Source: Myxococcota bacterium
GTDB lineage: Bacteria; Myxococcota_A; UBA9160; UBA6930
Direction of reading: 5' to 3'
Assembly: GCA_965223705.1 (NCBI GenBank)
Contig: OZ245015.1
Coordinates: forward strand, 1,216,001 to 1,280,000
Length of the DNA stretch: 64,000 bases
Part shown: in pieces, positions 1 to 9,955 of the stretch
Position numbering within the stretch: position 1 is the stretch's first letter
Layout: the number at the start of each line of letters is the position of its first letter
Notes under the pieces: model-generated
The model's database searches: none
What the model was told of the DNA's origin: nothing
What the model saw: only the letters and a program-made list of their open reading frames with translations
Program-made: the position numbers and the translations under genes

Positions 1-2416
1 TCGTCGTGTTCGATTCGACGAGCGTGATGCCGCGGATGTTGTTGCCGCCAGCGGGGGATTCGAGGAGCATCGCGAAGGTCCCGTCGCTGTAGTCGCCCGG
101 CGCGACGGGTCGATAGACGAACACATCCTCATCGGTCTGCGGAAGCGAGTTGGAAAAGCCCGGGTCGAGGACCGGTGCCGTCGACGACAACGTCCCATTC
201 GACGAGAGGGACATCAGAAGGTCGCCCGCCTTCAACTGAAAACCGGCGACCACCATATCCCGACTGACGTAGTGGACGGCGTTCGTCTCGGCACCGTTCG
301 CGAAATCGACGGCGACCGAAAAGTTGCCGCCAGAGACGCCCGGTTCGATCTGGACGTCGGAAATTTGGACAACGTCGTCGCTGTCCCACGACGTCGCGCC
401 GTTCGTCGGCGCACCGGACACGTTGCCTTTCGTGGAGATCCAGAACGACTCTCCGGAGCTTCCGACCGGACTGTCCTGATCCCACAGGAACAAGAAAGGC
501 TGGCCGATGATGGTTCCGGCGCCCCCCTCGACTTCGGTGGGGGTCCCCCAGGTGCTCCCGTCCCACAGGGTGAAGTTTACGTCCAGCAAGCTGTCGAGTG
601 TCGAGGCCATGATCCGGTCCGAGTCCGGATCGGAGCTCAGCGTGATCGTGCTCGTGACGGCGAAGCTGCCGAGATCGAATGCGACGGATTCACCCGACCA
701 GGTGCCTCCGCTCCAGGTCTTGTAGTAGACGGTCGAACTGAATTCGGAGTACAGCGCCATCGCGTCGCCACTCTGGCTCTCAAACGCGACAGCGATTCCG
801 TACGTGCTCGTGCCGGCACCATCGGTGGTTCCCAACTCGGAAGCTTCCCAGGTACTGCCGTCCCAGACGCTGAAGAACTTGTCGCGATCACTGGTCGTCG
901 CGCCCATGATGATGCGGTCGCTGTTGGGGTCCGACGCAGCAACGGTCCATTGCGTGACGCCCGTGACACTCGCGTGGGCGGGAATGCTGGATTCACCGCC
1001 CCAGGAGCTCCCGTTCCACATCCGGTAGTAAGCGTTCTGGTCCGCCTTGCCGTAGATGACCATGGCGTCGCCACTTTGTTGCTCGTATGCGACCGAAATA
1101 TCGGTGTTGCCCACGGCGCCGGTGCCGTCGCTTAGATAGGTCCCGTTGCCCCAGCTGTCTCCGTCCCATACCAGCGCGTAGTCTTCGTTGGATGCGTTGG
1201 TCACCGCGAGCACCATCTCGTCGCTCCCCGGGCTTGTGGCGAGCTTCATATGGCTCATCTCGCCGTTGTAGGAGGGAGTGTTGATGGCAGTTGCCGCGGA
1301 CCACGATGTTCCGTCCCACGTACGGAAGCTGAGGCCGTTGCTCCCCGTCGTGCCGTTGTTGTAGACGAGCATGGCATCGCCGCTCGATGACTCGTAAGCG
1401 ACGGCGAAACCCCAGCGGTTGGCGTCCGTAACGGTGGCGAAATCGTTGAACGCGAACGCCGTCCAGTTCGAGCCGTCCCACATCTGGCCGCTCAGGTTCC
1501 CGCTCGAGTCGACGCCGACGACGATTTTTTCGTCTCGCGTGGGCGCTTCGGCGCCGTCCATGGTGCGCCACGGCCCGCCGATGTTCGCGGTATTGGTTTC
1601 CGGATCGAGGGCCGCACCATTCAGCTCGCTCGTCTGAGGGGTCGGCACGCTGTTTTCGGACCAGATCGCCGTTCCGTCGAGCGTTCCGACAAAGCCGGCT
1701 TGCGCTGCTGCACTGAGCGCGTTCGAGGTCTCGACGCTCCCGTACTGGAACTCGAGCTGCCAATCGCCACCGCGGGTTGTGGCGCCCGTGAGGTCATCGC
1801 TCGCTGCGACATCGGCGCCGGTGACTTCCGCCAGGTCCGAAAGGAACGCGCGTCCGTCGTCGGTCGACGCGAGGTTGCAGCCGTAGAGGAGGAGGTCCGC
1901 TTCGCCCGTCAGCGCGCGCTGCCACGTTCCAACCCCCGCATTCGGATCTCCGAGATCCGCGTGCGTGAACCAGTCGTTGCCGAGCAGCAAGCCCTCTTCA
2001 CTGCCGTGAGAAAGGATGTGAAGCGCATCGAGGTCGCCCGCGTAGCCGGCCAGCACCCGACTGATCTGTGCCGTGCCCGATTCTTGATCGTTGAGCAGAA
2101 GGACGTCGAATTCGACGTTACTCGTGCTCTTCGATCGCAGGTCCGCGAACAGCGCGTCGGCATTGTCGAGACGTCCATCGATCACGACGAGCTCCCGCCG
2201 GGGCTCCGTTTCTGCGGACACGACCGAAGTTCCGTGCTCGCTCTCGATGGGCGCCGTTCCGATCGGGTCGCTCGGCGGCGCCGCGATCTCCGCGGGCAAC
2301 ACCGGGAGATCGGCCGAAAGGAGGAGCCTCGGCTCGAGCGGCTCGAGAAGCGGGCGCCGCCGGCGGGTCGGGTTCCGGCGGGGTGAGGGAGGGCGCGTGC
2401 GTCGTTTCCTGGACAT
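1..2416 (-). CDS. Large secreted/surface protein, LEPR-XLL + DUF4347 + W[DN]GxxW repeat region (3' end outside window)
   Basis: Not in the ORF track because it has no stop in the window. Hand translation from ATG 2416 gives MSRKRRTRPP...LEPLEPRLLLSAD (LEPR-XLL motif), then DUF4347 signatures (HILSHGSEE, ADLLLYGCNLA, TGADVAASDDLTG...GGDWQLE). The frame is open to position 1. Confidence 0.88.
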   Translation of the reverse strand, partial: MSRKRRTRPPSPRRNPTRRRRPLLEPLEPRLLLSADLPVLPAEIAAPPSDPIGTAPIESEHGTSVVSAETEPRRELVVIDGRLDNADALFADLRSKSTSNVEFDVLLLNDQESGTAQISRVLAGYAGDLDALHILSHGSEEGLLLGNDWFTHADLGDPNAGVGTWQRALTGEADLLLYGCNLASTDDGRAFLSDLAEVTGADVAASDDLTGATTRGGDWQLEFQYGSVETSNALSAAAQAGFVGTLDGTAIWSENSVPTPQTSELNGAALDPETNTANIGGPWRTMDGAEAPTRDEKIVVGVDSSGNLSGQMWDGSNWTAFAFNDFATVTDANRWGFAVAYESSSGDAMLVYNNGTTGSNGLSFRTWDGTSWSAATAINTPSYNGEMSHMKLATSPGSDEMVLAVTNASNEDYALVWDGDSWGNGTYLSDGTGAVGNTDISVAYEQQSGDAMVIYGKADQNAYYRMWNGSSWGGESSIPAHASVTGVTQWTVAASDPNSDRIIMGATTSDRDKFFSVWDGSTWEASELGTTDGAGTSTYGIAVAFESQSGDAMALYSEFSSTVYYKTWSGGTWSGESVAFDLGSFAVTSTITLSSDPDSDRIMASTLDSLLDVNFTLWDGSTWGTPTEVEGGAGTIIGQPFLFLWDQDSPVGSSGESFWISTKGNVSGAPTNGATSWDSDDVVQISDVQIEPGVSGGNFSVAVDFANGAETNAVHYVSRDMVVAGFQLKAGDLLMSLSSNGTLSSTAPVLDPGFSNSLPQTDEDVFVYRPVAPGDYSDGTFAMLLESPAGGNNIRGITLVESNTT
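548..1546 (-). repeat. Protein-level tandem repeats (~100 aa period; seven W-x-G-x-x-W motifs), probable beta-propeller
   Basis: WDGSNW, WDGTSW, WDGDSW, WNGSSW, WDGSTW, WSGGTW, WDGSTW. VA[YF]ExxSGDAMxxY recurs three times about 300 nt apart, alternating with P[GND]SD[ER] segments. Confidence 0.75.
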
Positions 2417-2563
2417 ACAGGGGGGATATCGACCCGACAAACCGCACTGCTAAGACATATCGGGTGACTAAAGCCACGTTCGCTGCAGTCCGTCGGGAGA
2501 TTCGCATCGGCCTTACGCATGAGTTGCTCCAGTTCTGCCGATCACCGACCGAAACCGAGAACT

Positions 2564-4165
2564 ATGAACCGGACCGCCGGAAGATTCCGCGTGCTGGCTG
2601 CGCACGGCGGAGTTTTCGCCCTTGCGACGTTGCTGGGCGTCAGTTGCGCGTGGGGCCCCCGGGAAACGACTCCCGAGGAAGTCCGCGAACGAATCGCGCG
2701 GGATCGCGAGGCCTTGGCGTTGGCCGAGCCCGTCCCGGACGAGCTCACCCTGTACGAGGCCGTCGCGCGCGCCGTCTACCAGAACCTGGAGTTCCGCGCG
2801 GCGCTGCTCGAAGAAGCCCTGGCCCACGCCGAGTTTGAGGAAGGACGCCTCGACCTCCTTCCCAGTGTTGTCGCGACGAACGAGTACTACGGACGGAACA
2901 ACCGACTCGCGTCCGTGAGCGAGTCGGTGCTCACTGGGAACCAATCTCTCGAACCTTCTACATCATCCGATCGCCACGGCTGGCGATCCGATGCGACCGC
3001 CGCGTGGAGCGTTCTCGATTTTGGCGTCGGCTACTTGCGATCGCGTCAGGCGGCAAACGAGGCATTGCTCGCCCGGGAACGCCGAGCCAAGGCGCTGCAG
3101 GATCTTGTTCTCGATGTGAGCGTGGCGTATTGGCGGGTCGCGGCGTCGCAGCGGCTGCTCGAGGATATCGGCACGGTTCGGGCCGACCTTCGCGATGCCG
3201 CGCGCCAGTCGCGAGAGCTGTCCGACAAGCGCCTGCTCGACCCCGCCAACGCGACGGGGTATCAGCGCGACATTCTCGAACAGATGCGGACCTTGGATGC
3301 GATCGAGCGCGACGCGGCGAACGCGCGAATCGAGTTGGCGCGCGCGATCAATGCGCCGGCGAACGCGCGCTTGCGCGTCCGCTCGCTCGACCCGGCGCGC
3401 GCCCGGATTCCCGAACTGAAGGTGCCCGTCGAGCAGCTCGAGTACGACGCGTTGCGCCTGCGTCCCGAGTTGCGCGGCGCCGACTACGAGCACCGCATCT
3501 CACGGCTCGAGGTTCGCCGGGCGCTGCTACAGGCATTGCCCGGATTGGAACTTCGCGTCGGTTACAACCGCGACACCAACGACTTCCTCGTGAATGACGG
3601 CTGGTGGAACTACAGCGGCACCCTCTCGAAAAATCTCGTCGAACTGGTCACCGCGCCGAAGCGCATCGAAGTCGCCGAGGAGCGCTCGACACTGGCCGAG
3701 GCACGACGCTTGGCGCTCAGCACCGCGGTGATGGCTCAGGTCCAACTCGCGTATCGAGACTTCCGCCACGCCCAGGCACAAGCCGAGATCGCTGCTCATC
3801 GGAGAGCGCTCGAAGCGGACGCCAGCGCGGTCACCGAGCTGCGCTTCGCGGCGGGGACGGCTTCGGGGCTCGACGCCGCCCGCGCTGCCGGACGCCGCCG
3901 CGTTGCGGACCTGCAATACGCGAACAGCTACGCCCGGGTGCGCGAGTCGTTTGCCCGTCTCCAGAACGCGGTGGGGGAGGCGCCGGCGCCGCGCTTCGAG
4001 CACCTCGAAGACCTCGCCGCGCTGACCGCCTGGGCCGAGGTCTGCCTCTCGGATTGGGAGCGCCGCGCGGCGTACGGGCGTGGCTCGGCTCGTCTGGCCT
4101 ACAGGAATCTCGCGCCGTTCCGCTGGCACTACGGCGCGCAGCAACCCGCCGTCTCCTCGAAATAA
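2564..4165 (+). CDS. TolC-family outer membrane efflux protein (lipoprotein)
   Basis: Start moved to ATG 2564. Signal peptide ends in a lipobox-like LGVSC. OEP features: LTLYEAVARAVYQNL, WSVLDFG, VAYWRV, ALRLRPEL, LPGLEL. Confidence 0.85.
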   Translation: MNRTAGRFRVLAAHGGVFALATLLGVSCAWGPRETTPEEVRERIARDREALALAEPVPDELTLYEAVARAVYQNLEFRAALLEEALAHAEFEEGRLDLLPSVVATNEYYGRNNRLASVSESVLTGNQSLEPSTSSDRHGWRSDATAAWSVLDFGVGYLRSRQAANEALLARERRAKALQDLVLDVSVAYWRVAASQRLLEDIGTVRADLRDAARQSRELSDKRLLDPANATGYQRDILEQMRTLDAIERDAANARIELARAINAPANARLRVRSLDPARARIPELKVPVEQLEYDALRLRPELRGADYEHRISRLEVRRALLQALPGLELRVGYNRDTNDFLVNDGWWNYSGTLSKNLVELVTAPKRIEVAEERSTLAEARRLALSTAVMAQVQLAYRDFRHAQAQAEIAAHRRALEADASAVTELRFAAGTASGLDAARAAGRRRVADLQYANSYARVRESFARLQNAVGEAPAPRFEHLEDLAALTAWAEVCLSDWERRAAYGRGSARLAYRNLAPFRWHYGAQQPAVSSK

Positions 4166-4233
4166 CGGGTTTCGCACGAGCCCTCACGGGTCTGGCATAC
4201 TAGGTCGCTCGCAACGACCTAGAAGGAAGACCC

Positions 4234-5133
4234 ATGAGACTCGACGGAAAAGTGGCGATTGTGACCGGCGGCGGACGCGGCATCGGGAAGACCGAGTGCG
4301 AGCAGCTCGCGGCGGCCGGCGCGGCCGTGGTGGTGAACGATTTCGGTGGCGGAGCCGACGGTTCCGGAACAGGCGAGGGCCCGGCGAACGAAGTCGCGGA
4401 CGCCATCGTGGCCGCAGGAGGCAAGGCTACCCCGCACTACGGCGACGTGTCGAAGATGGAGACCGGCACCGATCTCGTACAGACGGCACTACGCGAATTC
4501 GGCCGCGTCGACATCCTGATCAACAACGCCGGCATTCTGCGCGACCGCATGCTCCACAAGATGAGCGAAGCGGAGTGGGACGCCGTGATCGCCGTTCACT
4601 TGAAAGGCACCTTCGTCTGCACGCGCGCTGTCGCCGAGGTCTTTCGCGAGCAACGCTCGGGCGTCATCGTCAACACGAGCAGCGAGTCCGGGCTCGGCAA
4701 CATGGGGCAGTCGAACTACGCCGCGGCGAAGGAAGGCATCGCCGGTTTCACGCGCACCGTCGCACTCGATCTCGGCCGCTACGGCGTCCGGGCCAACGCG
4801 ATCCGGCCGCGCGCCGCAACGCGGATGACGCTCTCCGATCAATTGCGTGAAGCCGTCGAGCGCGCGAAGAAAGCGGGCGAGCCCCACGTCGATCTCGATC
4901 GCCTCGAATCCTGGACGCCGGACGTGGTGGGCGCCTTCGTCACGTGGTTGTGCACGGATGCGGCGAAGGATCTCACCGGCCAGGAATTCCTCGTCAGCAG
5001 CGAAGGCATCGCGCTGATGACGCAACCTCGTCCGACGAGCAACGTGACGCTCGAAGGCGGCTTCGATCTCGGCGAGCTCGACAAGAAGCTCGTCGGGGCC
5101 TGGAAGCCCATCGCGCCGTACCACGGCGGTTAG
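4234..5133 (+). CDS. SDR family NAD(P)-dependent oxidoreductase (MFE-2/3-hydroxyacyl-CoA dehydrogenase-like)
   Basis: TGGGRGIG, VVVND, NNAGILRD, YAAAK motifs; SD AGAAGGA upstream. Confidence 0.92.
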   Translation: MRLDGKVAIVTGGGRGIGKTECEQLAAAGAAVVVNDFGGGADGSGTGEGPANEVADAIVAAGGKATPHYGDVSKMETGTDLVQTALREFGRVDILINNAGILRDRMLHKMSEAEWDAVIAVHLKGTFVCTRAVAEVFREQRSGVIVNTSSESGLGNMGQSNYAAAKEGIAGFTRTVALDLGRYGVRANAIRPRAATRMTLSDQLREAVERAKKAGEPHVDLDRLESWTPDVVGAFVTWLCTDAAKDLTGQEFLVSSEGIALMTQPRPTSNVTLEGGFDLGELDKKLVGAWKPIAPYHGG

Positions 5134-5147
5134 GACCGGGAGAACGC

Positions 5148-6038
5148 GTGGCGCGCCGAGACGGACCCGTTGTCATCGAAGTGGCGCTAAACGGCGTCGC
5201 CACGAAGGGAAAGAACCCGCACGTACCGATCGGAGTCCAGGAGATCGTCGAGGATGCGCGTGCGTGCCTCGCCGCCGGCGCGCAGATCGTCCATCAACAC
5301 GACGAAATCGGAGAGGCCGGGAAGCTTGGCGGAACCTCGCCCGACGAGATGGCACAGCGCAGCGCTGCCGTCTATCGCGAGGTCCTCGCCGAAGCTTCCG
5401 ACGCGGTGCTCTACCCGACGACGAATTGGGGTGGCACCCACGAAGAGCGCTGGCGACATCAGGAAATCCTGGCCGAAGCGGGGCTCCTGCGAATGGCGTT
5501 TCTCGACCCGGGCTCGGTCAACCTCGGCGGCCTCGGTGCGGATCGTCTGCCCGCCGGCAACTTCGTGTACGACCACAGCTTCGATGAGATCCGCCGACTG
5601 TTCGACCGGTGTCGCGAGCTGAAGCTCGCTCCGAGCATGGCGATCTTCGAGCCGGGTTTTCTGCGGGTCGCGCGCGTGTACGAACGGGCCGGCGCGTTGC
5701 CCACGGGCGCATTCGCGAAGCTCTATTTCGGGGATCGCATGCTGTTCGGTCTTCCGCCCACGCGCGCTGCGCTCGCAGCCTACTTGGAACTTCTCGAGGG
5801 AAGTGAGATGCCGTGGGCGGTTGCGGTGCTTGGTGGCGACGTCGTCGAAAGTGGCCTCGCTCGCGCGGCCCTCGAAGCGGGCGGGCATTTGCGGGTCGGC
5901 CTCGAAGATTTCGCGGGCGACGGGCAACCGTCGAACCGGGAGCTCGTCGAAGCGGCGGTCGCGCTGTGCGCCGAGGTGGGCCGACCGGTCGCAACGCGCA
6001 AGGAAGCGGCTCGGCTGCTCGGTATACCGCGGGCCTAG
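5148..6038 (+). CDS. BKACE (3-keto-5-aminohexanoate cleavage enzyme family, DUF849)
   Basis: Start moved to GTG 5148. VVIEVALNG...NPHVP, AGAQIVHQH, DPGSVN, GGHLRVGLED, GRPVATRKEAARLLG. Confidence 0.88.
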   Translation: MARRDGPVVIEVALNGVATKGKNPHVPIGVQEIVEDARACLAAGAQIVHQHDEIGEAGKLGGTSPDEMAQRSAAVYREVLAEASDAVLYPTTNWGGTHEERWRHQEILAEAGLLRMAFLDPGSVNLGGLGADRLPAGNFVYDHSFDEIRRLFDRCRELKLAPSMAIFEPGFLRVARVYERAGALPTGAFAKLYFGDRMLFGLPPTRAALAAYLELLEGSEMPWAVAVLGGDVVESGLARAALEAGGHLRVGLEDFAGDGQPSNRELVEAAVALCAEVGRPVATRKEAARLLGIPRA

Positions 6039-6053
6039 GGCCTCGCGCGGAGG

Positions 6054-7529
6054 ATGACGATGGCGGAAGATCTCGGAGCGAAACTCGCGGCGACCGTCGG
6101 GGAGGAACACGTTCTTCGCGAAGACGGCGACCGGGCGTACTACTCAAACGACCTCAGCATGGAAACCCGGGAGCTCGCCGCGTGGGTCGTCAAGCCCGGC
6201 AGCGCGGAGGAAGTCGCGGCTGTCGTCCGTCTCGCGGCGGACGCGTCCGCTCCTGTCGTGCCGCGCGGCGGCGCCATGTCCTACACCCACACCTTCGTGC
6301 CGGGATCCGCGGGCTCGGTGCTTCTCGACATGCGGCGGCTCAACACCGTGCACGACGTATCGATCGAAGACCTGGTCGTCGTCGCCGACACCGGTGTGAC
6401 GTGGGAAGAGATCTACCTGGCCGTCAGCGAGCAGGGCGGTCGCACCCCGTATTGGGGGCCGCTGTCCGGGCGCTTCGCGACCGTGGGCGGCACGCTCTCG
6501 AACAACAGCTCCTTCTTCGGCTCGGGTCGCTACGGTCTCGCCTCGGAAGCGGTTCTCGGCCTCGAAGTCGTGCTCGCGGACGGTCGGCGCATCAAGACCG
6601 GTGCCTGGTCCCACCGCAACAGCGGCCCCTTCATGCGCTACCACGGGCCGGATCTGACGGGCCTGTTCCTGGGTGACGCCGGAGCGATGGGCGTCAAGAC
6701 AAAAGCGGCGCTCCGCCTCATCCCCTTGCCCGAAGCCACGGTCGGCTTGTCCTTCGAAGTACCCGATGTCGATGCGTCGAACGCCTGCATCCTCGAGATG
6801 GGGCGCACCGAGCTCGCGACGGAAGTCTACGGGTTCGATCCCCTCTACAACGGCGTCTTCGCGGACGCCGGTTTCTCGTTCTTGGAAGGCGTCGATTGGA
6901 CGGTCTTCGTCGCGATCGACGCCGCGGACGACGCGCTCGCCGAAGCGGCTGCGGATCACTTGCGGGAGATCGGGCTCCGCTACGGCAAGGAGATCGATCC
7001 GAGCGTGCCCCTGGCGGTGCGGGCGGATCCCTTCGGAGCCGTACCACAAGTGCTCACCGGGCCGAAGGGCGAGTTGTGGATTCCCCTCCACGGCCTCTTC
7101 CCGCCGTCGAAAGCGAAAGCCGCGACGGACGTCACGCTCGCGTTTCTCGACGAGCACGCCGCGCTGATGGCGGAACACGGCATTCAATACTCGCTGCTCA
7201 CCGCAGCGAACGGAAAAGACTTCTTGTTCGAGCCGAGTTTCTACTGGTCCGACGCGCTGGGACAGTTTCGGCTGGAGAAGCTCACGCCCGAACGCGCGGA
7301 GAAGCTCCGCGACGTGCCCGACAATCTACCGGTTCGCGAAATCGCGCTTCGGCTCAGGCGTGAGCTCACGACGAGACTCGATGAGCTCGGCGCGATCCAT
7401 CTCCAGATCGGAAAATGGTACGAGTACGGTCGCTGGCTCCACGACGACAGCATGGACTTGCTCCGCACCGTCAAGCGCGGGCTCGATCCGATGTCGCTTC
7501 TCAATCCGGGTGCCCTGGGAATCGACTGA
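6054..7529 (+). CDS. FAD-binding oxidoreductase (GlcD/D-lactate dehydrogenase, FAD_binding_4 family)
   Basis: PRGGAMSY, ATVGGTLS, VLGLEVVLADG, GPDLTGLFLG..GAMGV, C-terminal KRGLDP..LLNPG. Confidence 0.88.
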   Translation: MTMAEDLGAKLAATVGEEHVLREDGDRAYYSNDLSMETRELAAWVVKPGSAEEVAAVVRLAADASAPVVPRGGAMSYTHTFVPGSAGSVLLDMRRLNTVHDVSIEDLVVVADTGVTWEEIYLAVSEQGGRTPYWGPLSGRFATVGGTLSNNSSFFGSGRYGLASEAVLGLEVVLADGRRIKTGAWSHRNSGPFMRYHGPDLTGLFLGDAGAMGVKTKAALRLIPLPEATVGLSFEVPDVDASNACILEMGRTELATEVYGFDPLYNGVFADAGFSFLEGVDWTVFVAIDAADDALAEAAADHLREIGLRYGKEIDPSVPLAVRADPFGAVPQVLTGPKGELWIPLHGLFPPSKAKAATDVTLAFLDEHAALMAEHGIQYSLLTAANGKDFLFEPSFYWSDALGQFRLEKLTPERAEKLRDVPDNLPVREIALRLRRELTTRLDELGAIHLQIGKWYEYGRWLHDDSMDLLRTVKRGLDPMSLLNPGALGID

Positions 7530-7532
7530 TCG

Positions 7533-8069
7533 ATGCTCCTCGATCGCGTGGCGCCCGAGGGCGCTTACGAGCAGACCGACACGCGCACAATGGCCGCGGC
7601 GCCGGGCGACGTGTTCGCGGCGCTTCAGCAAATCGCGCCCGGCGAGCTTCCGACGCTGGGGCACTTCTTCCGGCTAGTCGGTCCGGTCGCGCCGTTCAAA
7701 GCGGGGAAGCCCCTTTACGCGCAGATGCTCGACGCGGGTTTCGTCGTCATGGGTGTGACCCCGCTGCGCGAAGTCGTATTGGCTCGGCCCGCAAAGTTGC
7801 TGGGCCTCTTTCGACCGGAGCCGCGCGTGAAGAACCGTCGCGAGCTCGCGGCGTTCGACACGCCGGGCCACGTCAAAGTCGCGCTCGGCTTCTCCCTCCG
7901 AGCGGCCTCGGAAGGAGAAGCCACGTCGGTGACCGCGGCGCTCCGCATGTGGCCCGTCGAGGACCGCTCGGCGCGTCGCCTGCGTCTCGTCTGGCCGCTG
8001 CTGCGCGCCGGAGGAGGCGTGTTTTCCCGAGCCTGGCTCAAGGCGCTCGCCGAGCGAACCCGCGGCTAG
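7533..8069 (+). CDS. Hypothetical protein
   Basis: ATG 3 nt after the upstream stop, coding-like composition; no catalytic motif recognised. Confidence 0.6.
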   Translation: MLLDRVAPEGAYEQTDTRTMAAAPGDVFAALQQIAPGELPTLGHFFRLVGPVAPFKAGKPLYAQMLDAGFVVMGVTPLREVVLARPAKLLGLFRPEPRVKNRRELAAFDTPGHVKVALGFSLRAASEGEATSVTAALRMWPVEDRSARRLRLVWPLLRAGGGVFSRAWLKALAERTRG

Positions 8070-9241
8070 CTCGGTACGGGACCGCCGACGGCGATCCCCT
8101 CTTCGATGATGTCGCCGAGCTCCCGCGCGAGTCGCTTTCGACGAGGGGGGCGCCGGGCCGAACCCGCGAGTGTCGCGACGCGGTGCTGCCAGTAGAACTG
8201 ATCGAGCAGGTGGGGGACGATGCGTTGCGGAGCGCGCGCTCGGAACGCGGTGTGTGTGGATCCCGCGCCGCCGTGGTGGATGACGAGGGAGCAGCGCGGA
8301 AACAGCGCGGCGTGAGACAGCGAGCCGGCACGATGCGCGAAGGTCGGCAACGCGACCCTCCCGAGCTCAGCCCAACCGGAGCCGATCAGGACGCGCTGTC
8401 GTGTTCGGGCCGCCGCTTCGACGATGGCCTGGGTCGTCGCGATCGGATTCGGGTCCGGCATGCTTCCGAAACCGATGTAGACCGGTGGCGGCCCGGCCTC
8501 GAGGAAGCGCTCGATGTCCTCGGACAGCGTCGCGTCGCCTTCATCCGCGTAGAGAAAACCCAGGCGAACCACTTCGTGCGGTAGTTCCGCCGGGATCGGA
8601 GCCAGTTCTTCGTCGGCCGCCAAACGCGGCACGTCCGTCAGCAAATGTCGATAGATGTCCCGCACGGGAGCCAGCCCGAGCCGCGCGCGGCGGCGGTTGA
8701 TGAAGCGACGAAAGATCGGCGAGAACACGACGTCGAGTAGCGTCCACGAAAGACGATTCGCGACGCGACCCCAACCGGCGCCGGGAACGTAAAACGGCGT
8801 GACGTCGGGCGAACGCAACAGGTTCGGGCAGTAGATGACGTACTCGTAGGTCAAGCCGTGAAGCTCTGCGCAGCTCGGTCCGGCGGCTTGTGCACCGGCG
8901 CCCACGATGTGGTCGACGTCGCTCGTCGCTTCGGCCAACCGCTGGAACTGCGCGTCCAACGAAGCCTCGAGGTATCGAATGAAGGTGTGTAACTGCCTGG
9001 GATTCGACCGGGTCGCCGCACTCGCGTTGTCCGAGAGGAAAGCCTTCGCGTCGCTTCCCACCTCGCGGAATTCGAACGCGCGCCCTTGTGCGAATGCTTC
9101 GAAACCCGGCGGTGCGCAGAGGACGATCTCGTGCCCCTTCGCGGCGAGCTGTTCTCCCAAGGCGACGAGGGGCTGTACGTCGCCGCGTGTTCCTTCCGGA
9201 CAGAGGGCGATACGGCGCGGCGCTTCCATAGCCGACTTCAT
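8066..9241 (-). CDS. Family 1 glycosyltransferase (GtfA/sterol-glucosyltransferase-like)
   Basis: GTRGDVQP, PPPVYIGFGSM, HAALFPRC..VIHHGGAGS, PHLLDQFYW. Start is 9241 or 9229. Confidence 0.88.
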   Translation of the reverse strand: MKSAMEAPRRIALCPEGTRGDVQPLVALGEQLAAKGHEIVLCAPPGFEAFAQGRAFEFREVGSDAKAFLSDNASAATRSNPRQLHTFIRYLEASLDAQFQRLAEATSDVDHIVGAGAQAAGPSCAELHGLTYEYVIYCPNLLRSPDVTPFYVPGAGWGRVANRLSWTLLDVVFSPIFRRFINRRRARLGLAPVRDIYRHLLTDVPRLAADEELAPIPAELPHEVVRLGFLYADEGDATLSEDIERFLEAGPPPVYIGFGSMPDPNPIATTQAIVEAAARTRQRVLIGSGWAELGRVALPTFAHRAGSLSHAALFPRCSLVIHHGGAGSTHTAFRARAPQRIVPHLLDQFYWQHRVATLAGSARRPPRRKRLARELGDIIEEGIAVGGPVPS

Positions 9242-9251
9242 CGGCGAGCTC

Positions 9252-9953
9252 TCAGAGTTGGTCGAGTGCGAGGTGCGCTTCACCAAGCTCCGCAAACGCC
9301 TTCGGTGACCGGCAACGTTCCGGCAACACGTACGGAAGGTGGCCGAAAAAAGGGAGGTTCGAGAATTGTTGGATCATGGCTCGATGGGTTTTATGGGCGA
9401 GGGATTCGTCGGGCGAAGGGAGCACTTCATTGAGGATCCAACCCGCGATCGGAAGGCGGCGGGACGCTAAGGCGTCGAACGTCAAGAGCGCGTGATTGAT
9501 GCAACCGAGCTTTGCGCCGACGACGACGATGACCGGGAGGCCGAGCTCGGCGGCGAAGTCGGCATAGGTGACACCTTCGCCGAAGGGGACGAGTAAGCCG
9601 CCGGCACCTTCCACGAGTACGGGATCGAAGCGTTCGGCGAGGCCGCGAGCCATCGACACCAGGTGGTGCGTGTCGACTTCCGCGCCCGCGGCGCGCGCGG
9701 CAGCGAGGGGCGCGGCGGGGTCCGGAAAACGGACGGGACACACCTCGGCGTCGGACTGCCCGCTCTCGCTCATCGCGAGCAGTTGCGCTCCGTCGGCTGC
9801 GTAGTAGCCGCCGCCGAGTTTCTCGCAGCCGGTTTCGGCGGGTTTGAAGACGCCTACCGGGCGTCCTCTTCGTTTCAGCCCGGCCGCAATCGCGCAGGTC
9901 GCAAACGTCTTCCCCACGCCCGTGTCCGTTCCCGTGACGAAAAACCCAGGCAC
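9252..9953 (-). CDS. bioD: Dethiobiotin synthase
   Basis: GTG 9953; FVTGTDTGVGKT, KPAETG, VEGAGGLLVP, LGCINHALLT. Confidence 0.95.
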   Translation of the reverse strand: MPGFFVTGTDTGVGKTFATCAIAAGLKRRGRPVGVFKPAETGCEKLGGGYYAADGAQLLAMSESGQSDAEVCPVRFPDPAAPLAAARAAGAEVDTHHLVSMARGLAERFDPVLVEGAGGLLVPFGEGVTYADFAAELGLPVIVVVGAKLGCINHALLTFDALASRRLPIAGWILNEVLPSPDESLAHKTHRAMIQQFSNLPFFGHLPYVLPERCRSPKAFAELGEAHLALDQL

Positions 9954-9955
9954 CG

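Noticed and set aside
272..2386. Plus-strand ORFs 272-1135 and 1700-2386, and minus-strand 993-1763
   Set aside because: Antisense or off-frame shadows of the DUF4347 gene, which has recognisable motifs in another frame.
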